Part shown: piece by piece, positions 7,911-16,306 of the stretch
Layout: every line of letters starts with the position of its first letter
How positions within the stretch are numbered: position 1 is the first letter of the stretch
Assembly (NCBI GenBank): GCA_040757625.1
Contig: JBFLWU010000007.1
Location: 66,163 to 130,162, forward strand
DNA length: 64,000 nt
Origin: Thermodesulfobacteriota bacterium
GTDB lineage: Bacteria > Desulfobacterota > Desulfobacteria > Desulfobacterales > JARGFK01
Direction of reading: 5' to 3'
Notes under the pieces: generated by a model
Database searches by the model: none
What the model was told of the DNA's origin: nothing
The model's input: only the letters and a program-made list of their open reading frames with translations
Translations under genes and position numbers: made by a program

Positions 7911-9512
7911 ATGGAACCGATACTGCTTTACGACACCACCTTAAGAGACGGCACCCAGGGTGAAAACATCAATTTCAGCGCGGAAGAAAAAATCAGGATC
8001 GCGCAGCGGTTGGATGACCTGGGGATCCATTACATAGAAGGTGGCTGGCCGGGATCCAACCCCCGGGACAAGCAGTTTTTCAAACTGGCGAAAAAGGCCG
8101 AACTGAAAACCGCCCGGCTGGCGGCCTTCGGGGCCACCCGCAAGCCCGGCATTCATCCGGAAGACGATCAAAACCTGACGGAGCTGATCAAAAGCGATAC
8201 CCCGGTAATCACCATATTCGGTAAAAGCTGGGACCTGCACGTCGAGCAGATCATGTACAATACGCTGGAGGAAAACCTGGCCATGATCCAGGAGACGGTC
8301 GCATATTTAAAGCAGCAGGACCGCGAGGTCATCTACGATGCCGAACATTTTTTCGACGGGTATAAAGGCAACCGGGATTACGCCGCGCAAACCGTCCTTG
8401 CCGCTTTAAAAGGCGGCGCCGATGCCGTCGTACTGTGTGATACCAACGGCGGGACGCTCCCGTTTGAAATTGAAACGATTATCGCGGAGGTCGAAAGCGC
8501 TTTGCGCGGCTATTTCCGCCTGGAGCCCCAGCGCCCGCTGCCGGTCAGAATAGGCATCCACGCTCATAATGACTGCGGGCTGGCGGTGGCCAATTCAGTT
8601 ACCGCCGTCCGGGCCGGCGCCTCCATGGTCCATGGAACCATCAACGGCTACGGCGAAAGGTGCGGCAATGCCGATCTGACGTCGATTGTGCCGATTCTGT
8701 GTTTAAAAATGAACCGGTCCTGTGTATCACCGGGAAATCTGGCCAAGCTGAAAAAAATTTCCAGGTTTGTCAGCGAGACCGCCAATATGATCCCGCTGAC
8801 CACGCGGCCGTTTGTGGGTAACAGCGCGTTTGCCCATAAAGGCGGCATCCATGTCAATGCCATCATGAAGATCCCGAAAGCATACGAGCACATCGCCCCT
8901 GAAGATGTCGGCAATGAGCGCCGGGTATTGATTTCAGACCTTTCCGGCAAAAGCAACATCGAATATAAGGCCAAGGAACTGGGGGTTGAACTCGGCGCCA
9001 ATGGATTTGACAGCGGCCGCATTGTCTCGGAAATAAAAAAACTGGAGCAGCAGGGTTTCCAGTTTGACGTGGCTGACGGATCGTTCAAGATTCTGATCGA
9101 AAAGTTTACGGAGCAGTTTCAGCCCCTCTTTGAGCTGGAGTCTTTCAGGGTCACCATTGAAAAGGATAAGGATCAGCCCTGTTCGGCCCATGCCACCATC
9201 AAGATTTCGGTGGGAGGGCAGAAGGAGATCACCGCCGCCGAAGGCCACGGACCGGTCAGCGCGCTGGACAACGCCCTCCGCAAGGCCCTGGATAAATTCT
9301 ATCCCCATCTCGACAGCATGCAGCTGGTGGATTTCAAGGTTCGCGTCATTGACGGGAGGGAGGGAACCGCCGCAAAAGTCCGGGTGATTATCGCTTCCCG
9401 GGATGAAAACAATATCTGGAGCACCATCGGTGTTTCTGAAGACATTATCGAAGCGAGCTGGCAGGCGCTGGCAGACAGCTTCCATTATAAACTGTCGGCG
9501 GGTAAAGCATGA
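7911..9512 (+). CDS. cimA: (R)-citramalate synthase-type member of the 2-isopropylmalate synthase family
   Basis: LYDTTLRDGTQ, HAHND and a LeuA-type C-terminal dimerisation/regulatory domain. The ~530 aa LeuA-related architecture resembles characterised CimA enzymes. The start is ambiguous (7869 or 7911). Confidence 0.75.
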   Translation: MEPILLYDTTLRDGTQGENINFSAEEKIRIAQRLDDLGIHYIEGGWPGSNPRDKQFFKLAKKAELKTARLAAFGATRKPGIHPEDDQNLTELIKSDTPVITIFGKSWDLHVEQIMYNTLEENLAMIQETVAYLKQQDREVIYDAEHFFDGYKGNRDYAAQTVLAALKGGADAVVLCDTNGGTLPFEIETIIAEVESALRGYFRLEPQRPLPVRIGIHAHNDCGLAVANSVTAVRAGASMVHGTINGYGERCGNADLTSIVPILCLKMNRSCVSPGNLAKLKKISRFVSETANMIPLTTRPFVGNSAFAHKGGIHVNAIMKIPKAYEHIAPEDVGNERRVLISDLSGKSNIEYKAKELGVELGANGFDSGRIVSEIKKLEQQGFQFDVADGSFKILIEKFTEQFQPLFELESFRVTIEKDKDQPCSAHATIKISVGGQKEITAAEGHGPVSALDNALRKALDKFYPHLDSMQLVDFKVRVIDGREGTAAKVRVIIASRDENNIWSTIGVSEDIIEASWQALADSFHYKLSAGKA

Positions 9513-9635
9513 TCGCAACACAAACCCGTCGGCAACGTAACGACAATTTACACCCAAAGGACCTGTCCATGAAGATGAGAAATGGAATAAATGCCGCAGG
9601 ATCGAAGCGCCGCGCCGTCCTGCGGCCCATGCTTC

Positions 9636-9775
9636 GAGACCTTTGAAAAACGCCCCCTTTCGCCCAATTTCGGCGTCAGGCTCAAATGTTAATCCTCGAA
9701 ATACTCAATGTATTCCTGTGGTTAAAATTATAGCCTTCCTTGAATTTGAACGAAATTGGATATTTTTCAAAAGTC
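9636..9775. repeat. dispersed repeat, copy A (partner at 53739-53892)
   Basis: Roughly 75-80% identical by eye to copy B, with a perfect 22-mer GCGTCAGGCTCAAATGTTAATC at 9673-9694 (copy B: 53775-53796). Confidence 0.8.
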
Positions 9776-10099
9776 TCGCTTCGCAAGGGGCGGCCGGTTG
9801 AGGAATTCATCAACAGGCTGAGATCTGCGCCTGAGGCCGCCATGGTAATCCGATTCGGAGCGTGTAACTGGTCTGAGCGCATTAGGGAGCGTTGGATGGA
9901 ACCGCCAAGAGATCTGGCTGCATATCAACGGCATTCGATTTATCTTTGAAGGCATATCGCGGGGCTTGATCCGGTTCCATGCCATGCACCCTTATGCGTG
10001 AGTTTCACACGCGTAGAATCAAATTATTATGGCGGCAAAGGCGGTTGGATTTATTGGAAAACCATAATTTATAAAAATTTCTCTAAAGGAGCAAAACAT

Positions 10100-11638
10100 A
10101 TGAGCGACAGAGTAATTATATTCGACACCACCCTGCGGGACGGCGAACAGTCTCCGGGCGCCAGCATGAACACGGCCGAAAAACTGCGGCTGGCAACCCA
10201 GATGGTAAAGTTGGGAGTGGATGTGCTGGAGGCCGGTTTTCCGGCCGCATCCGAAGGAGATTTTGACGCGGTTTCATCCATCGCCGCTAAAATAAAAGGA
10301 ATCGAAATCGCCGGTCTGGCGCGCACATCGAAAGAAGACATCGATCGGGCCTGGGAAGCCATTCGCAGCGCGGCCAAGCCGCGCATCCACACCTTTATCG
10401 CCACCTCGGATATTCACATGACCTACAAGCTGAAAATGTCCAGGGATGCAGTGGTCAAGAAGGCGGTCGAGGCCGTCAGGTACGCCAAATCCCTCACGGA
10501 TAATGTGGAGTTTTCAGCCGAAGACGGTTCCCGCAGCGATCGGGACTTTCTGTGCAAGGTTTTTGAAGCGGCCATTGAAGCCGGCGCCAGAACCCTCAAC
10601 CTGCCCGATACCGTCGGGTATGCCATCCCCGAGGAATTCGGGAGCCTGGTTAAATATGTCATGACCCATACGCCCAACATCCATAAAGCAGTTTTAAGCG
10701 TTCACTGCCACAATGATCTGGGTCTGGCCACGGCCAACACGATCGCGGCCATCGCTGCCGGAGCCCGCCAGGCCGAAGTCACCATCAACGGCATCGGTGA
10801 AAGGGCCGGCAATACCTCTCTGGAAGAAGTGGTCATGGCGCTGCATACCCGGCCGAATTTTATTCCGGTAACCACCGGCATCCGGACGGACCAGATTTAT
10901 CCCACCAGCCGCCTGGTAAGCATGATCACCGGCATCATCGTGCAGCCTAACAAGGCCATCGTCGGCGCCAACGCCTTTGCCCACGAGGCTGGAATCCACC
11001 AGGACGGCATACTGAAAAATCCCATGACCTATGAAATCATGAAGCCGGAAACCATCGGGCTCAGCAAGAACACGCTGATCCTCGGCAAGCATTCCGGTCG
11101 CCACGCCCTGCGCGAACACCTCAAAGGGCTGGGATACGATCTTTCCGACGAAGAGATTCAGCTGGTTTTTGTCAAATTCAAGGAACTGGCGGACAAGAAA
11201 AAGCATGTGGTGGATGAAGATCTGGAAGTCCTTGTCACGGAAGGAATCCTGCGGACCACCGATATCTTCCGTCTGGAATATCTGCATGTCACCAGCGGAA
11301 CGACGGTTCTGCCCATGGCAAGCGTCAAACTCCTGATCAAAGACCGCTCCGTTAAGGGCGCCGGGTACGGCAACGGCCCCATCGACGCGGTTTACAACAC
11401 CATCGCCAAGCTGACCGATACGGGATCGGAACTCTTGCGATTCTCGGTCAGCGCGCTGACCGGCGGCACCGATGCCATGGGAGAGGTCACGGTACGCCTG
11501 AGGGAAAACGGTTTGATCGCTCTCGGCAAAGGCGCGGACCCGGACATCATCACAGCCAGTGCCAAGGCTTACGTCAATGGGTTGAACCGGCTCGAATACC
11601 TTAAATCGCACCCGGTGGTTGCGGATGAAAGCCTGTAG
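10100..11638 (+). CDS. leuA: 2-isopropylmalate synthase
   Basis: MSDRVIIFDTTLRDGEQSPG, HCHNDLGLATAN and a C-terminal LeuA allosteric domain. RBS AAAGGAG lies 7 nt upstream. The track ORF start at 9998 is an upstream extension. Confidence 0.93.
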   Translation: MSDRVIIFDTTLRDGEQSPGASMNTAEKLRLATQMVKLGVDVLEAGFPAASEGDFDAVSSIAAKIKGIEIAGLARTSKEDIDRAWEAIRSAAKPRIHTFIATSDIHMTYKLKMSRDAVVKKAVEAVRYAKSLTDNVEFSAEDGSRSDRDFLCKVFEAAIEAGARTLNLPDTVGYAIPEEFGSLVKYVMTHTPNIHKAVLSVHCHNDLGLATANTIAAIAAGARQAEVTINGIGERAGNTSLEEVVMALHTRPNFIPVTTGIRTDQIYPTSRLVSMITGIIVQPNKAIVGANAFAHEAGIHQDGILKNPMTYEIMKPETIGLSKNTLILGKHSGRHALREHLKGLGYDLSDEEIQLVFVKFKELADKKKHVVDEDLEVLVTEGILRTTDIFRLEYLHVTSGTTVLPMASVKLLIKDRSVKGAGYGNGPIDAVYNTIAKLTDTGSELLRFSVSALTGGTDAMGEVTVRLRENGLIALGKGADPDIITASAKAYVNGLNRLEYLKSHPVVADESL

Positions 11639-11848
11639 GCAGGGAAAATAGGCTGAAGACTGAAGGTAGATAGGCTGAAGGATAGTTGTCCGTAGTCCGC
11701 GGATAGAATTTCACCGGACAATGAACGACCTTTCGGTTGTATGCTCAAGGAAGGGCGGTAAACAATGGACAACAGAAGGCTGAAAGCCGCAAATGGTTAG
11801 TCCCGTCGCGCGGGATTGAACCTTCAGCCTTCAGCCTTCAGTCTGATC
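11639..11848. repeat. intergenic heptad-word palindromic element between convergent genes
   Basis: Left part: aaaatag gctgaag actgaag gtagatag gctgaag gatag. Right part: ccttcag ccttcag ccttcag tctgatc. Confidence 0.7.
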
Positions 11849-11857
11849 ACCAACCGG

Positions 11858-12382
11858 CTACTGCAGATCCATGACCAGTTTTACCAGCTTGTCCACCAGA
11901 TCGTCCGGCACACGCCCCTTGACGACGGCGCGGCAGACCCGGTTTTTGTCCACAACGACCACATTGGCCGTATCTTTCGCCAGCCCCCAAGCATTGCGCA
12001 GGGTGGCGTCGTAGTCAAACAGAATAACGGTATTATACTTCTTGGCCTTGCGCCCGGCAATGGCCCGAATGGCAAAGTCCGGCTTCCAGGTCGCAGCGCA
12101 GTCGGCAATGCCGATCCCCTTATAGGTCTCCTCTTTCAGCCGGCCGTCGTCTTTAGCCTTTTTAAGCGCTTCGGTAAAGTGTTCGTTCAAATCGGATTCG
12201 TCCGGGTCCACATAATTGACCACCAGCACCTTGCCGGCCCAGGAGTCCATGGTAAACGCTTTGCCGTCCGCATCCGGAAACGACCAGTTTGAAGCCGGCA
12301 TATCCGCCTTGAGTTCATCTGCCCAGGCCGGCGCCCCAAACACCAATAAGACGGCAGTCAGCACGAAAAACATTTTTTTCAT
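11858..12382 (-). CDS. periplasmic thioredoxin-fold protein, YtfJ-like
   Basis: Signal peptide MKKMFFVLTAVLLVFGAPAWA, and the length and GKVLVVNYVD...NAWGL layout resemble the YtfJ family. Confidence 0.55.
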   Translation of the reverse strand: MKKMFFVLTAVLLVFGAPAWADELKADMPASNWSFPDADGKAFTMDSWAGKVLVVNYVDPDESDLNEHFTEALKKAKDDGRLKEETYKGIGIADCAATWKPDFAIRAIAGRKAKKYNTVILFDYDATLRNAWGLAKDTANVVVVDKNRVCRAVVKGRVPDDLVDKLVKLVMDLQ

Positions 12383-12484
12383 GATCTACCTCCCCCTTCG
12401 TGAACGTTTGGAAGCCGTTGTATCCGATGACAAGATAGCGGCTTTTAAAATATGTACCTGCTGGTCGCCCTCAGGCACAGTTTG

Positions 12485-12952
12485 TCAGTCACCCATCCGG
12501 GCCATATAGTCGTCATACATCGTTTCAAGAGACAGCTTGTGCTTGGCCTCCTCCTGGCAGAGGATCTTGAAAAGTTTTTTGCCTTCGGCGGTGTCGGCCT
12601 TGGCCAGCATCTCATTATAGAGGGCCAGGGCCTTTTCTTCGCGTTTCATGGCCAGCATCAGAAGTTCATTGTAAGCCATTCCCTTGCGGTACGCCATGTC
12701 CACAACATAGTTGCTGCGTTTGATGTCGGTGATCCACTTGAATTTATATTCGGAAATGCCCGAGGCAAATCCTTTTTTCTTGAATTCTTCAAGCAGGGTT
12801 TGGTGTTTGCGCTCTTCCTGAGCGAATTCTTTCAACATGTCTTTCGCCCCGGACATGGATTCTTCCTTGGCGGCATCGGTATAAAAAGCGGCCGCTTCCT
12901 TCTCTTTGCTGATGGCAAAATCAAGAATGTCTTTAATGCTTTGAAACTCCAT
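12485..12952 (-). CDS. ferritin-like / rubrerythrin diiron-domain protein
   Basis: Two E...ExxH helices (EKEAAAFY...EERKH and EEKALALY...EEAKH). Confidence 0.7.
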   Translation of the reverse strand: MEFQSIKDILDFAISKEKEAAAFYTDAAKEESMSGAKDMLKEFAQEERKHQTLLEEFKKKGFASGISEYKFKWITDIKRSNYVVDMAYRKGMAYNELLMLAMKREEKALALYNEMLAKADTAEGKKLFKILCQEEAKHKLSLETMYDDYMARMGD

Positions 12953-13366
12953 AAGCTGTTCTCCTTTCGATGATTCGGTAGCACCTGTAACACACAGGAA
13001 AATTCAATAATTCAGGGATCGGGGAGTTTTTCAAACGTTGTCCTGTCAGCCCGGGGATAGGCCCCGGCACCTCAGTTAATTATGCCATCCTTACCATACT
13101 TGCAACCGCTTCGTCGATAAAAATTTAAATCGGGGATCAGGGGTCGGTTTCCGGGGAGCAGAAGTCTGGATTCAGCCGGGTAGAATACGTTATCATTATC
13201 TTCCGGTGGCCTTGTTTTCGGATTCTTATCTCCTGTGATGAAATCTTTCAGCTTTTCTCATCCCTGATCCCTGACACCCGGTTCCTTCTCAAGCGATTGG
13301 ATAAAATTTTCAGGTTGTGATAGTAAAATGAAACACTCAAGTGAATAAACAGAAAACGGAGGCGCC

Positions 13367-14266
13367 ATGAAAAGAATTCTGGGAATAATCGCTTCCCCGC
13401 GCAAGCTGGGGAACTGCGAAATTATGGTTAAGGAAGTCGGCCGTCAAATCACGACGCCGCATGAATTGCGTCTGCTGCGCCTTTCGGAATTCAATCTGCT
13501 GCCCTGTCGCGGATGCTACGCCTGCCTGTTCAAGGAGGAAAAATGCATCCAGAATGACGATTTCCAGCAGGTGCTCGACGCCATCCTGGAAGCCGATGCC
13601 CTGATTGTGGCCGCCCCCACCTATTTTCTGGGCGCCAATGCAACTTTAAAGCGGCTTCTTGACAGGGGACTCGCCTTTTATGCCCATATCGATAGGTTGT
13701 GGGGAAAACCGGCTGTTGGGATCGCCATTGCCGGTATTGCCGGTAAAGAGGGGCATGCCCTCCTGGGAGTTCAAAATTTTTTAAAGATGTCCCTTACGGA
13801 TATCAAACAAACCCGAATCTGTTACGGGGCCCTTCCCGGCGAGGTCTTTTTAAACGGCCCGAACCGGGCGGCCGCCGCCGACCTGGCCGCGGCCCTCTTT
13901 GCGCCGGCACCGCGCAAAACAGGACCCGTCTGCCCCCTGTGCGGCGGCGATACCTTTCGTTTTTTGGGAAAGGATCGGGTTCACTGCCAGCTCTGCAGCA
14001 ACCCGGGAATCCTCCGCCTGGAGGCGGACGGGCCGGTGTTTGATATTCAAAAAAGCGGGCATGAACTTTTTTTAAGCAAAGAAGAGGCCCTGCATCACAA
14101 GGAGTGGCTGCTGCAGATGAAGGCTCGTTACCTGGACCAGAAGGAAAAGCTCAAGGAAATCACGCTGGCGTACCGCAAGCCCGAAGACTGGATCAGACCG
14201 GCTGAAGTACAGGTGTCAGGGGCCGGGGATCAGAAAAAAACTGAAGGTGAACGACTGGAGGTTTAG
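13367..14266 (+). CDS. iron-sulfur flavoprotein (Isf / NADPH-dependent FMN reductase-like) with a C-terminal zinc-ribbon extension
   Basis: Flavodoxin-like N-terminus (ILGIIASPRKLGNCE), the compact Cys motif CRGCYACLFKEEKC (CX2CX2CX7C) and the extra CPLCGG...CQLCS. The tail codons derive from repeat words. Confidence 0.65.
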   Translation: MKRILGIIASPRKLGNCEIMVKEVGRQITTPHELRLLRLSEFNLLPCRGCYACLFKEEKCIQNDDFQQVLDAILEADALIVAAPTYFLGANATLKRLLDRGLAFYAHIDRLWGKPAVGIAIAGIAGKEGHALLGVQNFLKMSLTDIKQTRICYGALPGEVFLNGPNRAAAADLAAALFAPAPRKTGPVCPLCGGDTFRFLGKDRVHCQLCSNPGILRLEADGPVFDIQKSGHELFLSKEEALHHKEWLLQMKARYLDQKEKLKEITLAYRKPEDWIRPAEVQVSGAGDQKKTEGERLEV

Positions 14267-14307
14267 GTTGAGGTTGAGGTTGAGGTTGAGGCTAAGGTTG
14301 AGCTTCA
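14260..14307. repeat. hexanucleotide tandem repeat (GGTTGA)n, 8 units, 4 of them perfect
   Basis: ggttta ggttga x4 ggctaa ggttga gcttca. It overlaps the TAG stop of the flavoprotein gene (14264-14266). Confidence 0.9.
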
Positions 14308-14485
14308 GCTCCCGATCCAACCCCGGCTTCAACCTTTTACTTCCCGGCTTCCCCGCCTTAAACCGACAGCCGTCGGCCTTGCGCCGTGCGCCTTGAGTCT
14401 TTTTCTTCTTACTGCTTCCTGCCTGCCGTATACTCCCTCCTGTCTTTCTCACCCGCAACTCGCAACACGCCTCTCACCGACCGCT

Positions 14486-16075
14486 CTAATCAACTACCGG
14501 ATATTTTAAGGAAAAACTGTCGGTTTCCGGATCATAGCGCAAACATGAATTCCGGCGCCAGCGGGCATCGTCAGTACGGGGATATTCGCTGCGGATAAAA
14601 GCACCCCGGGTTTCTTCGCGGTCGAGGCCGGCGGTTAAGACGGCTTTCAAGACGAAGGCCGCGCTTTGCAAATCGACCTTAAGTTTTGTTTCACTGATGT
14701 TCCGTGGTGTGTTTTGCCGGATGTGTTTCCCGACCGTTTCAAGTTCGGCCAGCCCGGTTTGCATTCCCTCCTTATCCCTGATAACCCCTGCGTATGCCCA
14801 GGCAATCTCCCTTAGCTGCCGGCGCAAATCACCAAGCATGACGGTTGCCGGCCCGGCCGGCGTCGCCGGCGGCCGCTTTCCACAAACAGGTGCGTCAAGG
14901 GGCCGGTGCTCTTTGAGCGCACTGGCCGCGGCATTGCGGCCGGCGATTCTCCCGAAGACAATACATTCCGTCAAGGCATTGCCGCTCATGCGATTGGCGC
15001 CGTGAAGACCCCAGACCGCTTCGCCGCAGGCAAAGAGGCCGGGTCTATCGGTGCGTCCGTCCGGGGCGATGCGCACACCGCCCATGAAGAAATGGGCGCC
15101 CGGCAAAACGGTAACCGGTTTGTTTATAAAATCAAACTTTATTTTCTGAAGCAGGGACAAAGGGTAATCGTTCCAAAATTTTGCCGGCACCTGGCGGCAG
15201 TCCAATTTAACCGGCCCGGCAACACTTTCCCTCAAAATAATTTCTGAGAACCGGTCCCTTTTTTTGCGCATGGCTTCGTTCAGACTGCTGTCTCCGTATT
15301 TTTCGATGATATCTTCCCCGGCCGCATTGAGCAACCGGAATTCCTGCGGATAAGGAGGATAAACCATCATGGCGGCTATTCGCGGTTCCGCCAGAACAAT
15401 GGGGTAAAATTGAACAAACTCCATGTCCCACAAGTCAAGACCGGCCCTGGCCGCCAGATAATAGCCCTGCCCCATCATGCTTTTCTGGTTGTCATTGCGA
15501 AGGTAGACGGCCCCGCCGCCGCCGGTGGCCAGAACAACAGCCGGGGCGGCTATGGACAGGAGCCGGCCGGTTCCATCAAAAGCGCTCACCCCGCAGACGC
15601 CGCTTTCAGACTGAACGATATCGGTGACATAACATCCGGTGACCCGTCGAAGCCGCGGAAGAGAACCGATTATTTGCGCCATTATTCTGGTCAGGCTCGT
15701 CCCCCGCATCACATCCGAACGGGTGCTTTTATAAAAATAGTGATCGCGAAAAATTTCCAGATCGATTCCGATGGATTGCAGAAATTCAAAAGCGGCCGGC
15801 GCTTCCTCGGCCACCTGAAGCACCATCTGCTCCGAATTGATGCCCCTGCCGGTATGGAAGGTGTCCCGGATGAACTGTTCCCTGGTGTAACCGGGGGTCG
15901 GCCCCGCAAAACGTCCGTTCGACATGGCGGAATTGGTGCCGGTGCCGATGGCGCCCCGGTCCGCCAGGACAACCCGGGCCCCCTCGGCATGGGCGCTGTA
16001 GGCCGCCGTCATTCCGGCCAGCCCCCCTCCGATGATGATAACATCGGTGTTTAACACATGACTTGCGTTTAACAT
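14486..16075 (-). CDS. FAD-dependent oxidoreductase of the fumarate reductase / succinate dehydrogenase / L-aspartate oxidase flavoprotein family
   Basis: DVIIIGGGLAGMTAA dinucleotide fold, GLFACGEAV.GLHGANRMSGNAL, and C-terminal ETRGAFIRSEYP. Confidence 0.8.
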   Translation of the reverse strand: MLNASHVLNTDVIIIGGGLAGMTAAYSAHAEGARVVLADRGAIGTGTNSAMSNGRFAGPTPGYTREQFIRDTFHTGRGINSEQMVLQVAEEAPAAFEFLQSIGIDLEIFRDHYFYKSTRSDVMRGTSLTRIMAQIIGSLPRLRRVTGCYVTDIVQSESGVCGVSAFDGTGRLLSIAAPAVVLATGGGGAVYLRNDNQKSMMGQGYYLAARAGLDLWDMEFVQFYPIVLAEPRIAAMMVYPPYPQEFRLLNAAGEDIIEKYGDSSLNEAMRKKRDRFSEIILRESVAGPVKLDCRQVPAKFWNDYPLSLLQKIKFDFINKPVTVLPGAHFFMGGVRIAPDGRTDRPGLFACGEAVWGLHGANRMSGNALTECIVFGRIAGRNAAASALKEHRPLDAPVCGKRPPATPAGPATVMLGDLRRQLREIAWAYAGVIRDKEGMQTGLAELETVGKHIRQNTPRNISETKLKVDLQSAAFVLKAVLTAGLDREETRGAFIRSEYPRTDDARWRRNSCLRYDPETDSFSLKYPVVD

Positions 16076-16306
16076 GGCGTAAAATATTGATACCCGTAGG
16101 TTGTTGCCCGTTGTTCGTTGAAGCGCTATCCACGTACGACCGGATTGCTGCTTACTGCTTACAGCCGACCCCCGGCTTGCCCCTGACTTCTGTATCCTGA
16201 CACCGATCCCGCACCGCTACCGGTAACCCGTAACGCGCAGCCGGCCATTTGCCGCTTTCACCCGTTACGATTTCCCTTCAGCCTTCAGTCTATCCGCCTC
16301 CAGCCT

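Noticed and set aside
9445-9949. Small ORFs in the cimA-leuA spacer (9445-9630 minus, 9682-9882 minus, 9740-9949 plus, 9767-9985 minus), considered as real genes or as a Leu leader peptide.
   Set aside because: They overlap one another and have no RBS or recognisable motifs. None is enriched in Leu codons. The region is better explained by the dispersed repeat and RNA structure.
14260-14307. A possible CRISPR array, suggested by the many short direct repeats here and at the CCTTCAG arrays.
   Set aside because: The units are only 6-9 nt long and directly abutting, with no 25-40 nt spacers. No cas genes are present in the window.
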